This document shows, one piece after another, positions 21,108 to 31,243 of a stretch of 51,726 nucleotides of DNA. Position 1 is the first letter of the stretch. Each line of letters opens with the position of its first letter. The position numbers were made by a program, and so were the translations under genes. The notes under the pieces are model-generated. The model was not told where the DNA came from. It saw only the letters and a list, made by a program, of their open reading frames with translations, and searched no databases. Origin of the DNA: Luteolibacter sp. (GTDB taxonomy: Bacteria > Verrucomicrobiota > Verrucomicrobiia > Verrucomicrobiales > Akkermansiaceae); the NCBI GenBank assembly GCA_051648225.1, contig JBOFET010000537.1, forward strand, positions 1 to 51,726. Reading direction: 5' to 3'.

Positions 21108-21815
21108 ATGAAAACTCTCCAAACCCAACCACCCGCTAAATCCACTGCTAGGGGATTCACCTTGGTGGAGTTGCTCGTTGTGCTCACCATCGTCGCGACG
21201 CTTGCCGTGCTCGGATTCCTCGGGTCTTCCCGCTTTATCGAGAGAGGCAAGAAAATCCAGGCCCTGGCGCAGTTCCGGGATTTCCAGATCGGACTGGCGA
21301 TGTTCGAGGTGGACTACCAGAAACCACCGATCCCGTCTAATAAACAATCTGACGGTTACGACACCATTTACGGAGATCCAGGTGCCTTTTACGTCAATGG
21401 ATTTCTAGTGGCGGCCCTAGTAGGTGAGAGCAAGGATTTTCCCTCCTCAACCGGAGAGATTTTCAAGGTGGACGAGGTCAATAGACTCAAACAAACCTAC
21501 ATCCAGTTTCCCTTCAAAGCCGACAAAAAGGGCGGAGTGGGGAAAGACGGAAACCTCTACGATCCTTGGGGCAGCCAAGTCATCGTGGCAGTAAATGGAT
21601 TCCAAGGCAGAAATCTCGATCTGGTCGATTTCCGGGAAGGGAGGAGTGATCGCCGCCTCTACACTTGGAAGCTGGGAGAATACACCGACACCAAGCCAAA
21701 GGATCAAGCATACGTCTTCTGGTCCTACGGTAAGGACGGGAAAAAAGGCCGCGGTGGCGCCAGTCCGGGATCCGTCGTGACATACGCAGGCTCAGACGAC
21801 GTGGTTTCGTGGTGA
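21108..21815 (+). CDS. Prepilin-type N-terminal cleavage/methylation domain protein
   Basis: RG/FTLVELLVVLTI cleavage motif; DPWG and WSYGKDG GspG-like motifs. Confidence 0.88.
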   Translation: MKTLQTQPPAKSTARGFTLVELLVVLTIVATLAVLGFLGSSRFIERGKKIQALAQFRDFQIGLAMFEVDYQKPPIPSNKQSDGYDTIYGDPGAFYVNGFLVAALVGESKDFPSSTGEIFKVDEVNRLKQTYIQFPFKADKKGGVGKDGNLYDPWGSQVIVAVNGFQGRNLDLVDFREGRSDRRLYTWKLGEYTDTKPKDQAYVFWSYGKDGKKGRGGASPGSVVTYAGSDDVVSW

Positions 21816-21864
21816 CGCATGTGGGTTGCCGGGCGGCAAATCCACTGCCAGACTGCCGCCGAGC

Positions 21865-23907
21865 ATGGCCCGTCAATACACTCTTCATCGCCAGCAAGCC
21901 GTAGCGGCGTCCGGAATCGACTATGTGGCGTCGCTGAATGCGGAGCAGTATGAGGCAGTTTCCTCCCCTCCGGGAAAGGCGCTCGTCATCGCGGGTGCGG
22001 GATCGGGTAAAACCCGCACACTTACCTACCGGGTCGCGTGGCTGCTAGATCACGGGATCGAATCGAAACAAATCCTGCTGCTCACCTTCACGAACAAAGC
22101 GGCCCGGGAAATGATCGAACGCGTCCGCGAATTGGTGCCACACGACACTTCAGACCTCTGGGCAGGCACCTTCCACTCGATCGGAAGCCGCATCCTCCGC
22201 CGTCATGCCGATGATCTGGGATACAACCGGGCGTTCTCCATCCTGGATCGCGACGACCAGAAATCGCTGCTCTCCTCGGTCATCGCGAACTGCGACATCG
22301 ACACCAAGCAACGGCGATTTCCGAAGGCGGATGTGCTGGCGTCGATGTTCAGCCTGGTCGAAAACACCGGCGTGACGCTGGAGGAGGTCATCGCTGCCAG
22401 ATACGACCATTTCTACGACTGGACCGAGGAAATCGAACTCGTCCGCACCGGCTACATCGCGAAAAAGCTGGCGACGAACTCGATGGACTTCGACGACCTG
22501 CTAGTGATGACTGTGCGATTGTTCGAAGAACGCCCGGACGTGCTGGAACTCTATCAGCAGAAATTCAAGCACATCCTGGTGGACGAGTATCAGGATACGA
22601 ACTCGGTGCAGGGCCGCATGATCGACTTGTTGGTTGGTGAGTCCAACAGCTTGATGGCCGTGGGCGACGACGCGCAGTCGATCTACTCGTGGCGCGGAGC
22701 GGATATGGAGCATATCCTCGGTTTCCCCATGCGGTATGCGGGTTCCAAGGTCTTCACCATCGAGACAAACTACCGCAGCGTGCCGGAAATTCTCGATCTA
22801 TCCAACGCGGCGATCCGGGCGAACTCCGGGCGGTTTGAAAAAGACCTGCGCTCGTCGCGGGAAGCCGCCGGGGCCAGACCCGCGCTTGTCCCACTGGACG
22901 ATCCGCGCAGCCAGGCGGCGTTTGTCGCTCAGCGGATGCTGGAGCTGCGGGACGAGGGGATTCCCCTAGAGCAGATGGCGGTGCTCTATCGGGCGCATTT
23001 CCAGAGCTTGGAAATCCAGATGGAGCTGACCGTGCGCGGCATCCCGTTTGCAATCACCAGCGGGCTAAGGTTTTTCGAGCAGGCGCACATCAAGGACATC
23101 GCCGCGTTCATGCGCTTCGTGGTGAACCGTCGGGACGAGGTGAGTTTCATGCGGATGGTCAATCTGCTGCCCGGCTGTGGTCCCGTTGCCGCGCAGAAAT
23201 TGTGGAACGAGTGGTTGAAAAGCGGCTGGGCGGCACGGGAGGAACTGCCACCGAAGTGGTCGGACTTGTTCCTCAAATTCAAGATCCCGAAAAAGGCGGC
23301 GAAGCACTGGGAGCAGCTTTGTTACGTGCTGGACGAGTTGACGCCCGACGGTCGGTTCGCACGACCGTCCGAGATGATTTTCAGCATCCTCGGGGGCGTC
23401 TATGACGAGTATTTGCAGGCGAGTTTTGAAAACTTCGAAAACCGCCGGGCTGACATCGAGCAACTCTCGCAATACGGCGGCAGCTTCGACGATATCCTGG
23501 AATTCCTCGCCCAGCTCTCGCTCATGAGCTCGGTGGACGGCGAGCCGACGGGCGAGAAGAGCGACATCGACGATGAAAAAGTCACCCTCTCCTCGATCCA
23601 CCAAGCCAAGGGACTTGAGTGGAAAGTCGTCTTCCTCATCTGGCTGGTGGACGGACAGTTCCCTAACGGTCGCATCCTCGAAGCGGATGACCAGCCGATG
23701 CTCGAAGAAGAACGGCGCTTGTTTTACGTGGCTCTCACCCGGGCGAAAGATGATCTCTATCTGACCTTCCCGATGATGAATCCCAAGTCATACAGCGGTG
23801 ACGTCATCTGTAGGCCGTCCAGGTTTCTGGAAGACTTCCCCGCAGATCTCATCGAGGAGTGGCAGGTGGGCGCTGCGGATCCTTGGGACGAAGATCAGCC
23901 GTTTTAG
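21865..23907 (+). CDS. UvrD/PcrA-family SF1 helicase
   Basis: AGAGSGKT, TFTNKAA, VDEYQD, VGDDAQSIY, NYRS, HQAKGLEW, EERRLFYVALTRA. Confidence 0.95.
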   Translation: MARQYTLHRQQAVAASGIDYVASLNAEQYEAVSSPPGKALVIAGAGSGKTRTLTYRVAWLLDHGIESKQILLLTFTNKAAREMIERVRELVPHDTSDLWAGTFHSIGSRILRRHADDLGYNRAFSILDRDDQKSLLSSVIANCDIDTKQRRFPKADVLASMFSLVENTGVTLEEVIAARYDHFYDWTEEIELVRTGYIAKKLATNSMDFDDLLVMTVRLFEERPDVLELYQQKFKHILVDEYQDTNSVQGRMIDLLVGESNSLMAVGDDAQSIYSWRGADMEHILGFPMRYAGSKVFTIETNYRSVPEILDLSNAAIRANSGRFEKDLRSSREAAGARPALVPLDDPRSQAAFVAQRMLELRDEGIPLEQMAVLYRAHFQSLEIQMELTVRGIPFAITSGLRFFEQAHIKDIAAFMRFVVNRRDEVSFMRMVNLLPGCGPVAAQKLWNEWLKSGWAAREELPPKWSDLFLKFKIPKKAAKHWEQLCYVLDELTPDGRFARPSEMIFSILGGVYDEYLQASFENFENRRADIEQLSQYGGSFDDILEFLAQLSLMSSVDGEPTGEKSDIDDEKVTLSSIHQAKGLEWKVVFLIWLVDGQFPNGRILEADDQPMLEEERRLFYVALTRAKDDLYLTFPMMNPKSYSGDVICRPSRFLEDFPADLIEEWQVGAADPWDEDQPF

Positions 23908-24043
23908 AACAAGGATCTGCTGAAAAACAGTGGGTGATCGCTCGACGAAGATCTCAAACCGCAATTTAATTAATTTGGATGTATTGTTAAAATGTCCTTT
24001 TATTTTGGTTTTTAATAGTTTAAAGAATTGGTCGAAGCCTCAA

Positions 24044-24056
24044 TATCAATGACTTG
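24044..24056 (+). promoter_or_regulatory. IHF-consensus site in AT-rich upstream region
   Basis: TATCAATGACTTG matches WATCAANNNNTTR, downstream of A/T tracts. Confidence 0.45.
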
Positions 24057-24139
24057 TGATCCTGGAGGTGGTGCTAAAAATTTAATCCTTTAGAAACCTT
24101 GAACTCACGGAAAGGGCTGACTTTTCTACCGATCCCCCC

Positions 24140-24781
24140 ATGAAAACATCTAAATTGCTGGTTTACGCAGTGGCCGCCTTTGTTGTTGCTGCCACGTTGA
24201 GCGCCCGAGGACAAAGCTTTTCGGCCACCCTTGACGGAATCGCCCCGGGTCTCACCCACAACGGGACTCGGGATGGAAGTTTCCTCTTCGATTACCCGGC
24301 GGGCGTGATGAATTTCACCGGTGATTACAGTTTTTCCGCGTTCTGCGTACAGCCGCTTGAGGACATCGATTTTAACGAAACCCTCGTTTACGAAATCCAA
24401 AATCCGGTCTCGCTTGCAAACTCGGATATGATCGCCCGTCTCGTCGGGATTTACCTTTCCTCGCCATCCAATGAAACCGCCGCCGCCGTGCAGTGGGCTA
24501 TTTGGGAGGTGACCACCGAAACTACCTCGAATCAGACCCTGTTTGGCGGCTCGGTCAACATCACCGGTGATACTGCGGAAGCCACCGCCACCGCGACCTT
24601 GGCGGACCAGTATCTCACCAACATTTTGAACAACCCGGCGAACTACTCCCCGGTGGCCCTGACTTATTTGACTCATCCGAGTCGCCAAGACGTGGTGACG
24701 TGGAATGCAGTGCCCGAACCCACGAGTGCTGGATTGGCCGTGATTTCTGGTCTTCTTTTGCTCCGCCGCCGTCGGGCTTGA
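24140..24781 (+). CDS. PEP-CTERM surface protein with thioester-domain-like motifs
   Basis: Signal peptide; FCVQ, VQWAIW, RQDVV; C-terminal VPEP-hydrophobic-RRRR. Confidence 0.88.
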   Translation: MKTSKLLVYAVAAFVVAATLSARGQSFSATLDGIAPGLTHNGTRDGSFLFDYPAGVMNFTGDYSFSAFCVQPLEDIDFNETLVYEIQNPVSLANSDMIARLVGIYLSSPSNETAAAVQWAIWEVTTETTSNQTLFGGSVNITGDTAEATATATLADQYLTNILNNPANYSPVALTYLTHPSRQDVVTWNAVPEPTSAGLAVISGLLLLRRRRA

Positions 24782-25076
24782 GCGGATCCCATCCCGGCAC
24801 GGATGCGGTGGGATCTTGTTCATGGCAATGCAATTGAAAAACGTGCGTTTTTGATTCCCACAGCTCGGGGGGGTGGCATCGATCGGGTGGCAGATCGGAG
24901 TTCGCATCTGGCCCCACTGGATTTCGCGGCAGGGAGATTGACAGGTCGAAATGAAATTTCATCCTCGCCCACGCCTTATCGGTTTTCCTAGCCTGCCGCC
25001 AGCTGCGAGCCTCGCAAGGTGGACCGAGCCGTGCTTGCTTTTCATGACGTTTTTGAAATCCGATTTTCCGATTTAC

Positions 25077-26462
25077 ATGCGCCCGATTCTCCTTCTTCCC
25101 GGTGTGGTCCTTCTCAGCTCCTGCATTCTTGGTCCGGAACCGGGAACGGCGGATCTCCAAGTCCCGGCTTCATTCCGGGGCGACACCGCGCCTCACGGCT
25201 CTTCATTCGGTGAGAAATCGTGGCGCAAGGTGTTTTCGGACCCCACCTTGAAGCAGCTGATCGACAGGGCATTGAAGAACAACCCCGACCTCGTCGCCGC
25301 CACCTTCCGTATCGAAGAGGCGCGTGCCCGGGCTGGGACTGCGCGTGCGAGCTGGTTTCCGACGCTCGATGGCAGCACCTCTGCTGCCGCGAGTGGCCGG
25401 TCGAGAAATACGGACGGGATCTCCTCTGGGATTGACCGGACTTCCGAGTCCTACGATCTGACCGGTCTGCTCAGCTGGGAGCTGGACTTGTGGGGTGGCA
25501 TCGCCCGCGACAATCAGGCCGCCCGTGCCCGGTTGCTCCAGTCCGAATACCAGCGCGACGCCGTCCAGACGTCGCTCATCGCCGCAGTCGCCATCGCCTA
25601 CATCGACCTCCAGAATCTCGACGAGCGACTCTCGATCGCCCGCCGCACGGCAGAAAGCCGCAAGGGTTCGCTCGAGCTCGTCACCGCGCGCAGGGACGGT
25701 GGAGTCAGCTCGGATCTTGAAGTCGGCCAAGCCGAGGCGCTGCTCTCGCAGGCAAGGCTTCTCATCCCCGCCACTGAGAGGGCCATCGCCGAGAAGGAAA
25801 ACGAAATCAAATCCCTGCTAGGCGACTATCCCGGAAACGTCAGCCGCGGCGGCTCACTCGACAACCTCGATGCCTCTTTCCGCATCTCCGCCGGCCTTCC
25901 CTCCGCGCTCATGGCACGCCGCCCGGATATTTCCGCTGCGGATCAATCGTTCCAAGCCGCCACCGCGGACATTGGTGTGGCCGAGGCGCTCCGCTTTCCG
26001 CGCCTGATTCTCACCGGGCAGGGCGGCTTGATCAGCGGAGACCTAGGCAAGCTGCTGGAAGGTGGGGCGGCTGCCTACTCCGCCGGACCGCAACTCGCGG
26101 GACCTATCTTCGACGCGGGTCGCTCTGGATTCCGCGTGAAGGCTGCCCAAGCGAATGCCCGGATCGCCCTCGCGGCTTACGACAAGGCCGTGCAGCAGGC
26201 ATTCCGGGAAATCGCAGATGCCCTCGTCGCCTATCAGAAAACGGGCGAGATCATCGCGGAGGGAACCCGACTGGTGGATTCCCAGAAAAACGTTTCCTCC
26301 ATCGCTCTGGATCGTTTCCAAGGAGGCGCCTCCAGCTATCTGGAAGTGCTCGATGCGGAGCGCGAACTCTTCAGCAGCGAACTCGATCTCGCCGACTCCC
26401 GCAGCAACCGACTGCGCGCCGTCGTCCTCGCCTACCGCGCCCTCGGCGGCGGTTGGAAATAA
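25077..26462 (+). CDS. NodT/OprM-family efflux outer membrane lipoprotein
   Basis: LSSC lipobox, ALKNNPDL, SWELDLWG, RRPDI, YLEVLDAER, YRALGGGW. Confidence 0.92.
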   Translation: MRPILLLPGVVLLSSCILGPEPGTADLQVPASFRGDTAPHGSSFGEKSWRKVFSDPTLKQLIDRALKNNPDLVAATFRIEEARARAGTARASWFPTLDGSTSAAASGRSRNTDGISSGIDRTSESYDLTGLLSWELDLWGGIARDNQAARARLLQSEYQRDAVQTSLIAAVAIAYIDLQNLDERLSIARRTAESRKGSLELVTARRDGGVSSDLEVGQAEALLSQARLLIPATERAIAEKENEIKSLLGDYPGNVSRGGSLDNLDASFRISAGLPSALMARRPDISAADQSFQAATADIGVAEALRFPRLILTGQGGLISGDLGKLLEGGAAAYSAGPQLAGPIFDAGRSGFRVKAAQANARIALAAYDKAVQQAFREIADALVAYQKTGEIIAEGTRLVDSQKNVSSIALDRFQGGASSYLEVLDAERELFSSELDLADSRSNRLRAVVLAYRALGGGWK

Positions 26463-26486
26463 GATCTCAAATTTCAAATTCCTCTC

Positions 26487-26732
26487 ATGTCCCTGCCCGT
26501 CCTTTACCTCAAACCCGGCTGCCCTTGGTGCGACGAAGTGGTCGATTTCCTTGCGCGCAAAAACATCGAAGTCCGGCCCCGAATCGTGTCCGACGACCGT
26601 GAGGCGATGCAGGAAATGGTCGAACTCTCCGGCCAGACCAAGGCTCCCACTCTGGATTGGCACGGCCAGGTTCTCGCCGATTTTGGAGTCGAGGAGTTGA
26701 TTCCGTTTCTGAAAACGCAGGGCGTTCTCTGA
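26487..26732 (+). CDS. Glutaredoxin-like protein
   Basis: LYLKPGCPWC; SGQTKAPT. Confidence 0.88.
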   Translation: MSLPVLYLKPGCPWCDEVVDFLARKNIEVRPRIVSDDREAMQEMVELSGQTKAPTLDWHGQVLADFGVEELIPFLKTQGVL

Positions 26733-26841
26733 GGACCGGTAACGGTTTGTTGAAAAAACGCCTCAGTGGGCGACAGATTGGCAGCGGAAATTCGGTCTAT
26801 AGAACGGGATTGGCAAAAAGTCATTCCCACCCCGCAGCCCC

Positions 26842-28206
26842 ATGAGCCTTCAACTACCAGGAACCAACCGTCGCGGGTTTCTCCGCGGACTTGGCGCGTT
26901 CGTCGCGCTGCCAGCCATGGAATCCTACCGGCCGCTGATGGCTGCGGGCGTGGAAAAAGCACTCGCCACCACCGCAAGTGGCGCTCCGCTGCGGATGGCC
27001 TACCTCTACATTCCCAATGGGGTGAACCTCGACTGCTGGAGACCCCGGGGCACCTCGGGCAGCTACAAACTCGGTGAGACCTTCAAGCCCATGGAGTCGC
27101 TGCGCGAGGATTTTCAGATTTTCACCGGCTTCGAGCAAAACAATGCCCGTGCTGGTGGAGACGGTCCGGGCGATCATGCCCGGGGTGTCGCCACCTTCCT
27201 CACCTCCGCCCGGGCCCGCAAGACCGCTGGGTCAGACATCACGCTGGGGATCTCCGCCGATCAGGTCGCTGCGCTGGCCGCCCAGTCCCTCACCCGGCTG
27301 CCCTCGCTGGAACTCGGCACCGACAAGGTGCGTGTCTCCGGACAATGTGATTCCGGCTACTCCTGCGCCTATCAGTTCAATCTCTCCTGGCGCTCGGAGA
27401 CCCAGCCGATGCCGCCGGAATCCAATCCGCGTGCGGTCTTCGAGCGGCTCTTCGGCGTGGGCGATTTCCACGAACGCGCTGCCAGCCTCGGCCAGCGCTA
27501 TGCCTCGAAAAAATCCGTGCTCGATTTCGTCCAGGCAGACGCCAAGGCCCTCCAAAAACACCTGGGTCGCAGCGACTGCCACAAGCTCGACGAATACCTG
27601 ACCGGGGTGCGTGAAATCGAGCGGCAGATCGAAAATGCCGAAGCCATCGGCATGCCCAAGGATCCTGGAATCTCCGCGCCGGACGGCACCCCGGAATCCT
27701 ACAAGGAGCATCTCCGCTTGATGATGGACATGATGGTCCTCGCTTTTAAAACCGACTCCACCCGGATCTCCAGTTTCCTGATGGCCCACGACGGCAGCAC
27801 TCGAAATTTCCAGGAAATCGGCGTGCCAGACGGCCATCACAACATTTCCCACCACCAGGGGAGTCCTGAAAATCTCGAGAAAATCGCGAAAATCGATCAG
27901 TTCTACATGGAGCAGTTCGCCTACTTCATCGATCGCCTCAAGAACACACCGGACGTGGATGGCAAGTCCCTGCTTCACAACTCGATGATCGTTTACGGCG
28001 GCTGCATTTCCGACGGAGATCGCCACAATCACGACGACCTCCCCATCGTCGTCGCGGGAAATGCTGGTGGTGCCTTCTCACCCGGCCGCCACGTGGATCT
28101 CGGTGAAAATGTGCCGCTTTCCAACCTCTACCTCCGCATGCTCGAGGAATTCGGCGTGAAGGACCGGGCCTTCGGGGACTCGACCGCCTCGCTGCGGAAA
28201 ATCTGA
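26842..28206 (+). CDS. DUF1552-family protein
   Basis: RRGFLRG..VALP Tat-like start, YIPNG, SADQ, GYSCAY, NPRAVFERLFG, HNISHH, HNHDDLP. Confidence 0.85.
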   Translation: MSLQLPGTNRRGFLRGLGAFVALPAMESYRPLMAAGVEKALATTASGAPLRMAYLYIPNGVNLDCWRPRGTSGSYKLGETFKPMESLREDFQIFTGFEQNNARAGGDGPGDHARGVATFLTSARARKTAGSDITLGISADQVAALAAQSLTRLPSLELGTDKVRVSGQCDSGYSCAYQFNLSWRSETQPMPPESNPRAVFERLFGVGDFHERAASLGQRYASKKSVLDFVQADAKALQKHLGRSDCHKLDEYLTGVREIERQIENAEAIGMPKDPGISAPDGTPESYKEHLRLMMDMMVLAFKTDSTRISSFLMAHDGSTRNFQEIGVPDGHHNISHHQGSPENLEKIAKIDQFYMEQFAYFIDRLKNTPDVDGKSLLHNSMIVYGGCISDGDRHNHDDLPIVVAGNAGGAFSPGRHVDLGENVPLSNLYLRMLEEFGVKDRAFGDSTASLRKI

Positions 28207-28211
28207 CCCGC

Positions 28212-29081
28212 TCAGCGCACGACCTCCGTGCCCACGCCGCCGTCGGTGAAAATCTCCAACAGCAGCGCGTGCGGCAACCGCCCATCCACGAAGTGGACCT
28301 TGCGGACGCCTGCGTTCAAGGCATCCACCGCACTGCGGATCTTCGGGATCATGCCGCCGGAAATCGTCCCGTCCGCGATCATCGCATCCGCCTCCTTGCG
28401 GGTGACGGATTTGATCAGCGTGGAGGCATCCTTGGGATCGGCAAGCAGGCCGGGCACGTCGGACAGATAGACCAGCTTCGCCACCCGCAGTTCTTTCGCC
28501 AGCGCGGCTGCGGCTAGGTCCGCATTGATGTTCAGCGGCTTGCCCGTCGCCAGCTCGGCGGCGAGCGGCGAAATCACCGGGACGATTCCCGCCCGGTGCG
28601 CCGCATCCATGTGCGCCATCTGGCAGCCTACGACCTCACCCACGCGCCCGATGTCGATGCGCTTGCCCTCGGCGTCGAGACCCTTGATTTTTTCTCCCAG
28701 AAAAACGTCGTTACCCGGAATCCCCACCGCCTTGCCGCCGAAGTCACGGATCATCCGCACCAAGCCGGGATTGATTTCCTCCGACAGCACGCGGGCCACG
28801 ATTTCGATCGCCTCATCCGTCGTGACGCGGAATCCACCCACAAATTTCGCTTCCAGCCCCGCCGCTTCCATCGCTGCGGAAATCGCCTTGCCTCCTCCGT
28901 GGACGACGATGGGGTTGATGCCGGCCACCTCCAGGAAAACAATGTCACGCATCACCCGGGAGACCAGATCCGGATCCTCCATCGCCGAGCCACCCATCTT
29001 GATGAGGAAGGTCTTTCCACGGAAGGCTTGCAGATAGGGGAGTGCTTCGATGAGGGAGTTGGCTTTTTCGATCGGATCCAT
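28212..29081 (-). CDS. argB: Acetylglutamate kinase
   Basis: EALPY, IKMGG, VHGGG, NINAD, GGMIPK, LLLEIFTDGGVGT. Confidence 0.95.
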   Translation of the reverse strand: MDPIEKANSLIEALPYLQAFRGKTFLIKMGGSAMEDPDLVSRVMRDIVFLEVAGINPIVVHGGGKAISAAMEAAGLEAKFVGGFRVTTDEAIEIVARVLSEEINPGLVRMIRDFGGKAVGIPGNDVFLGEKIKGLDAEGKRIDIGRVGEVVGCQMAHMDAAHRAGIVPVISPLAAELATGKPLNINADLAAAALAKELRVAKLVYLSDVPGLLADPKDASTLIKSVTRKEADAMIADGTISGGMIPKIRSAVDALNAGVRKVHFVDGRLPHALLLEIFTDGGVGTEVVR

Positions 29082-29144
29082 GGTGACACGGGAAAGTCAG
29101 GCGGCGGCAAGGACATGCCCGGAAGCACCGCGGCGATCAACGAA

Positions 29145-29480
29145 TCATTTCAGGAAATCGATGGTCCAGGGATGCTTGAACGGCTGCCGGTTGGCCGCTT
29201 TGAGAATCGAGATGATCAGGATCACGATCCAAGCGAAAAAACCGAGGCCGCAGGAAACGATGCCCCAGAGAGTCCACGATAGATTGAAATTGATCACCTT
29301 CTTCCCCTCGGCATCGACCTCCGGAATCATGTCCTTTTTGACAAGCCACAGAACCAGCGGCCCGAGAATGTGACCGAGCGGAATCACAAAAGCGGCCAAC
29401 GCCAGCAATTCCAGATAGAGACGCCAGTTGGTGGCTGCGGATGACGAAGGGAGATTCGGCGGAGTGGAGTCGATGTTCAT
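29145..29480 (-). CDS. DUF4870-like membrane protein
   Basis: GPLVLWLVKKD..VDAEGKKVINF pattern; about 3 TM segments. Confidence 0.75.
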   Translation of the reverse strand: MNIDSTPPNLPSSSAATNWRLYLELLALAAFVIPLGHILGPLVLWLVKKDMIPEVDAEGKKVINFNLSWTLWGIVSCGLGFFAWIVILIISILKAANRQPFKHPWTIDFLK

Positions 29481-29700
29481 GGTGGATTTTGACCGTGAGT
29501 CTAGCAGTCAAGATACCGTTACCAAGGTTTTTTATTGCCCCCGGTGGTGTGTGAAAGCAGGCGTCGATGTCGATGGTGCCAAAGAGGAAAATAAAACCGC
29601 AGATGAACGGGCATTGATTTCAAGAAACTCCGTCGTTCTCGGCGGGGCGGGGGAATTCGTGCTTGTGGGTGAGGGGGATTCTCCGATGGTCCGCAGGGAA

Positions 29701-30441
29701 ATGTTGGTCGATCCGGGAGTCTATGCGTTGGCGCTGTTCGCGGCGTTTTGCATCGGTCTCTCGAAGGCGGGGTTCAGTGGGATCTCGATGGTGTCGGTGG
29801 TGATCCTGGCGGAGATTTATGGCTCAAAGGCGTCGGTGGGTTTGGCGTTGCCGCTGTTGATCGCGGCGGATCTGATGGCGTATCCGGCCTTCATCCGCTA
29901 CGGGTCGTGGCGGCCGGTGTGGCGGTTGCTTGGCCCGGCGCTGGTGGGACTCGCGCTGGGGTGGTGGGTGCTGGGCGATATTTCGGAGATCGCGGCGCGG
30001 CGGGTGATCGGTGGGTGCGTATTGGTGATGGTGGGCTTGCAGGCATTCCGGCGGTGGCAGCCGGTGGGCTTCGACAGGCTGGCGGCTTCGGGTGGCTTCG
30101 GGATGAGTGCCGGGGTGCTAGGCGGCTTCGCCACGATGTTAGCCAACGCGGCGGGTCCGGTGATCCAGCTCTATCTGATGACGCGGAAGGTGCCGAAGAT
30201 GGAACTCATCGGCATAGGTGCGCGGTTTTTTCTGCTGATCAATCTGCTCAAGGTGCCGCTCAACGCGCGCTTGGCATTGATCACGCCGGAGAGTCTGTGG
30301 GAAAACCTGAAATTGCTGCCTGCGGTGGTGGTGGGAATCCTCGGCGGGCGGTGGTTGATCCGGCATGTGCCGCAAGCGGCCTTCGAGTGGATGATCGTGG
30401 TGTTTTCGATCATCGCCGGGCTGCGACTGATACTGTGGTGA
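29701..30441 (+). CDS. TauE/SafE (TSUP) family transporter
   Basis: GLSKAGFSG, LPLLIAAD, GFATMLANAAGP, NLLKVP. Confidence 0.85.
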   Translation: MLVDPGVYALALFAAFCIGLSKAGFSGISMVSVVILAEIYGSKASVGLALPLLIAADLMAYPAFIRYGSWRPVWRLLGPALVGLALGWWVLGDISEIAARRVIGGCVLVMVGLQAFRRWQPVGFDRLAASGGFGMSAGVLGGFATMLANAAGPVIQLYLMTRKVPKMELIGIGARFFLLINLLKVPLNARLALITPESLWENLKLLPAVVVGILGGRWLIRHVPQAAFEWMIVVFSIIAGLRLILW

Positions 30442-30447
30442 CGGTGC

Positions 30448-31077
30448 TCAGGGTTGTTCCTTGAGGCCTTGGAAAGCTTGCCAGGCGAACATGCCGAGGA
30501 AGATGGGGAACAGGATGGACCGTGTGTAGAGGAACATGGCGACGGCGGCGACGAGGGCGACGACGATGCTGATCCAGAGGGTGAGCTTGATGCGGTGTGG
30601 TCCGAGGGCGGCGCTGAGCATGTGGCCGCCGTCGAGCGGGAGAACGGGGAGGAGATTGAGAATGGCCCACACGAAGCTGATGAGCATGAGCCTTTCCAAA
30701 AAATAGCTTCCGTGCGTGCTCATGTCCGGACCGGTGCGGATGACCAGCAACACAGCGAGCCCGAGGGCGATCTGAATCGCTGGGCCGGCGGCGGTGACGA
30801 GGAAGCTCTGCAATCGATTCAAGCGCACCCCCGAGTAGGCGGCGTAACCGCCGAACGCCTGAAGCACAATGGAACTGTAGGCACCGTAAGACCTGGCGGT
30901 GAGGGCGTGGCCGAGCTCATGCACGAGCACCGAGATGAATCCAGCGAGCACGAAGAGCACGATATTGAAGATTTCGGCTTTTGTATCTGCCCCTCTAGAG
31001 CCGCCGAGGATGACGAGCGTGATCCAGAAGAATGGCTGGACTTCGACAGGAATCTTGAAGAGTGAAAATCGAATCAT
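30448..31077 (-). CDS. Site-2 protease (M50)
   Basis: HELGH, AAGP, NLLPVLPLDGG. Confidence 0.9.
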   Translation of the reverse strand: MIRFSLFKIPVEVQPFFWITLVILGGSRGADTKAEIFNIVLFVLAGFISVLVHELGHALTARSYGAYSSIVLQAFGGYAAYSGVRLNRLQSFLVTAAGPAIQIALGLAVLLVIRTGPDMSTHGSYFLERLMLISFVWAILNLLPVLPLDGGHMLSAALGPHRIKLTLWISIVVALVAAVAMFLYTRSILFPIFLGMFAWQAFQGLKEQP

Positions 31078-31243
31078 CTGCCAGGTGGGTAGGCGAAGAT
31101 GGCCGGAAGTGCAAGGACGGGAAGCAGGCGACACGGCCTGGGAGGCTGGGCGTGAAGTCTTGACCCGCCCCATTTCAACACCTATACGCTGCGGCCCGGG
31201 AAAAACGTTAGGTCCAAACACACCGCCCGTTCCAGAAATCTCC

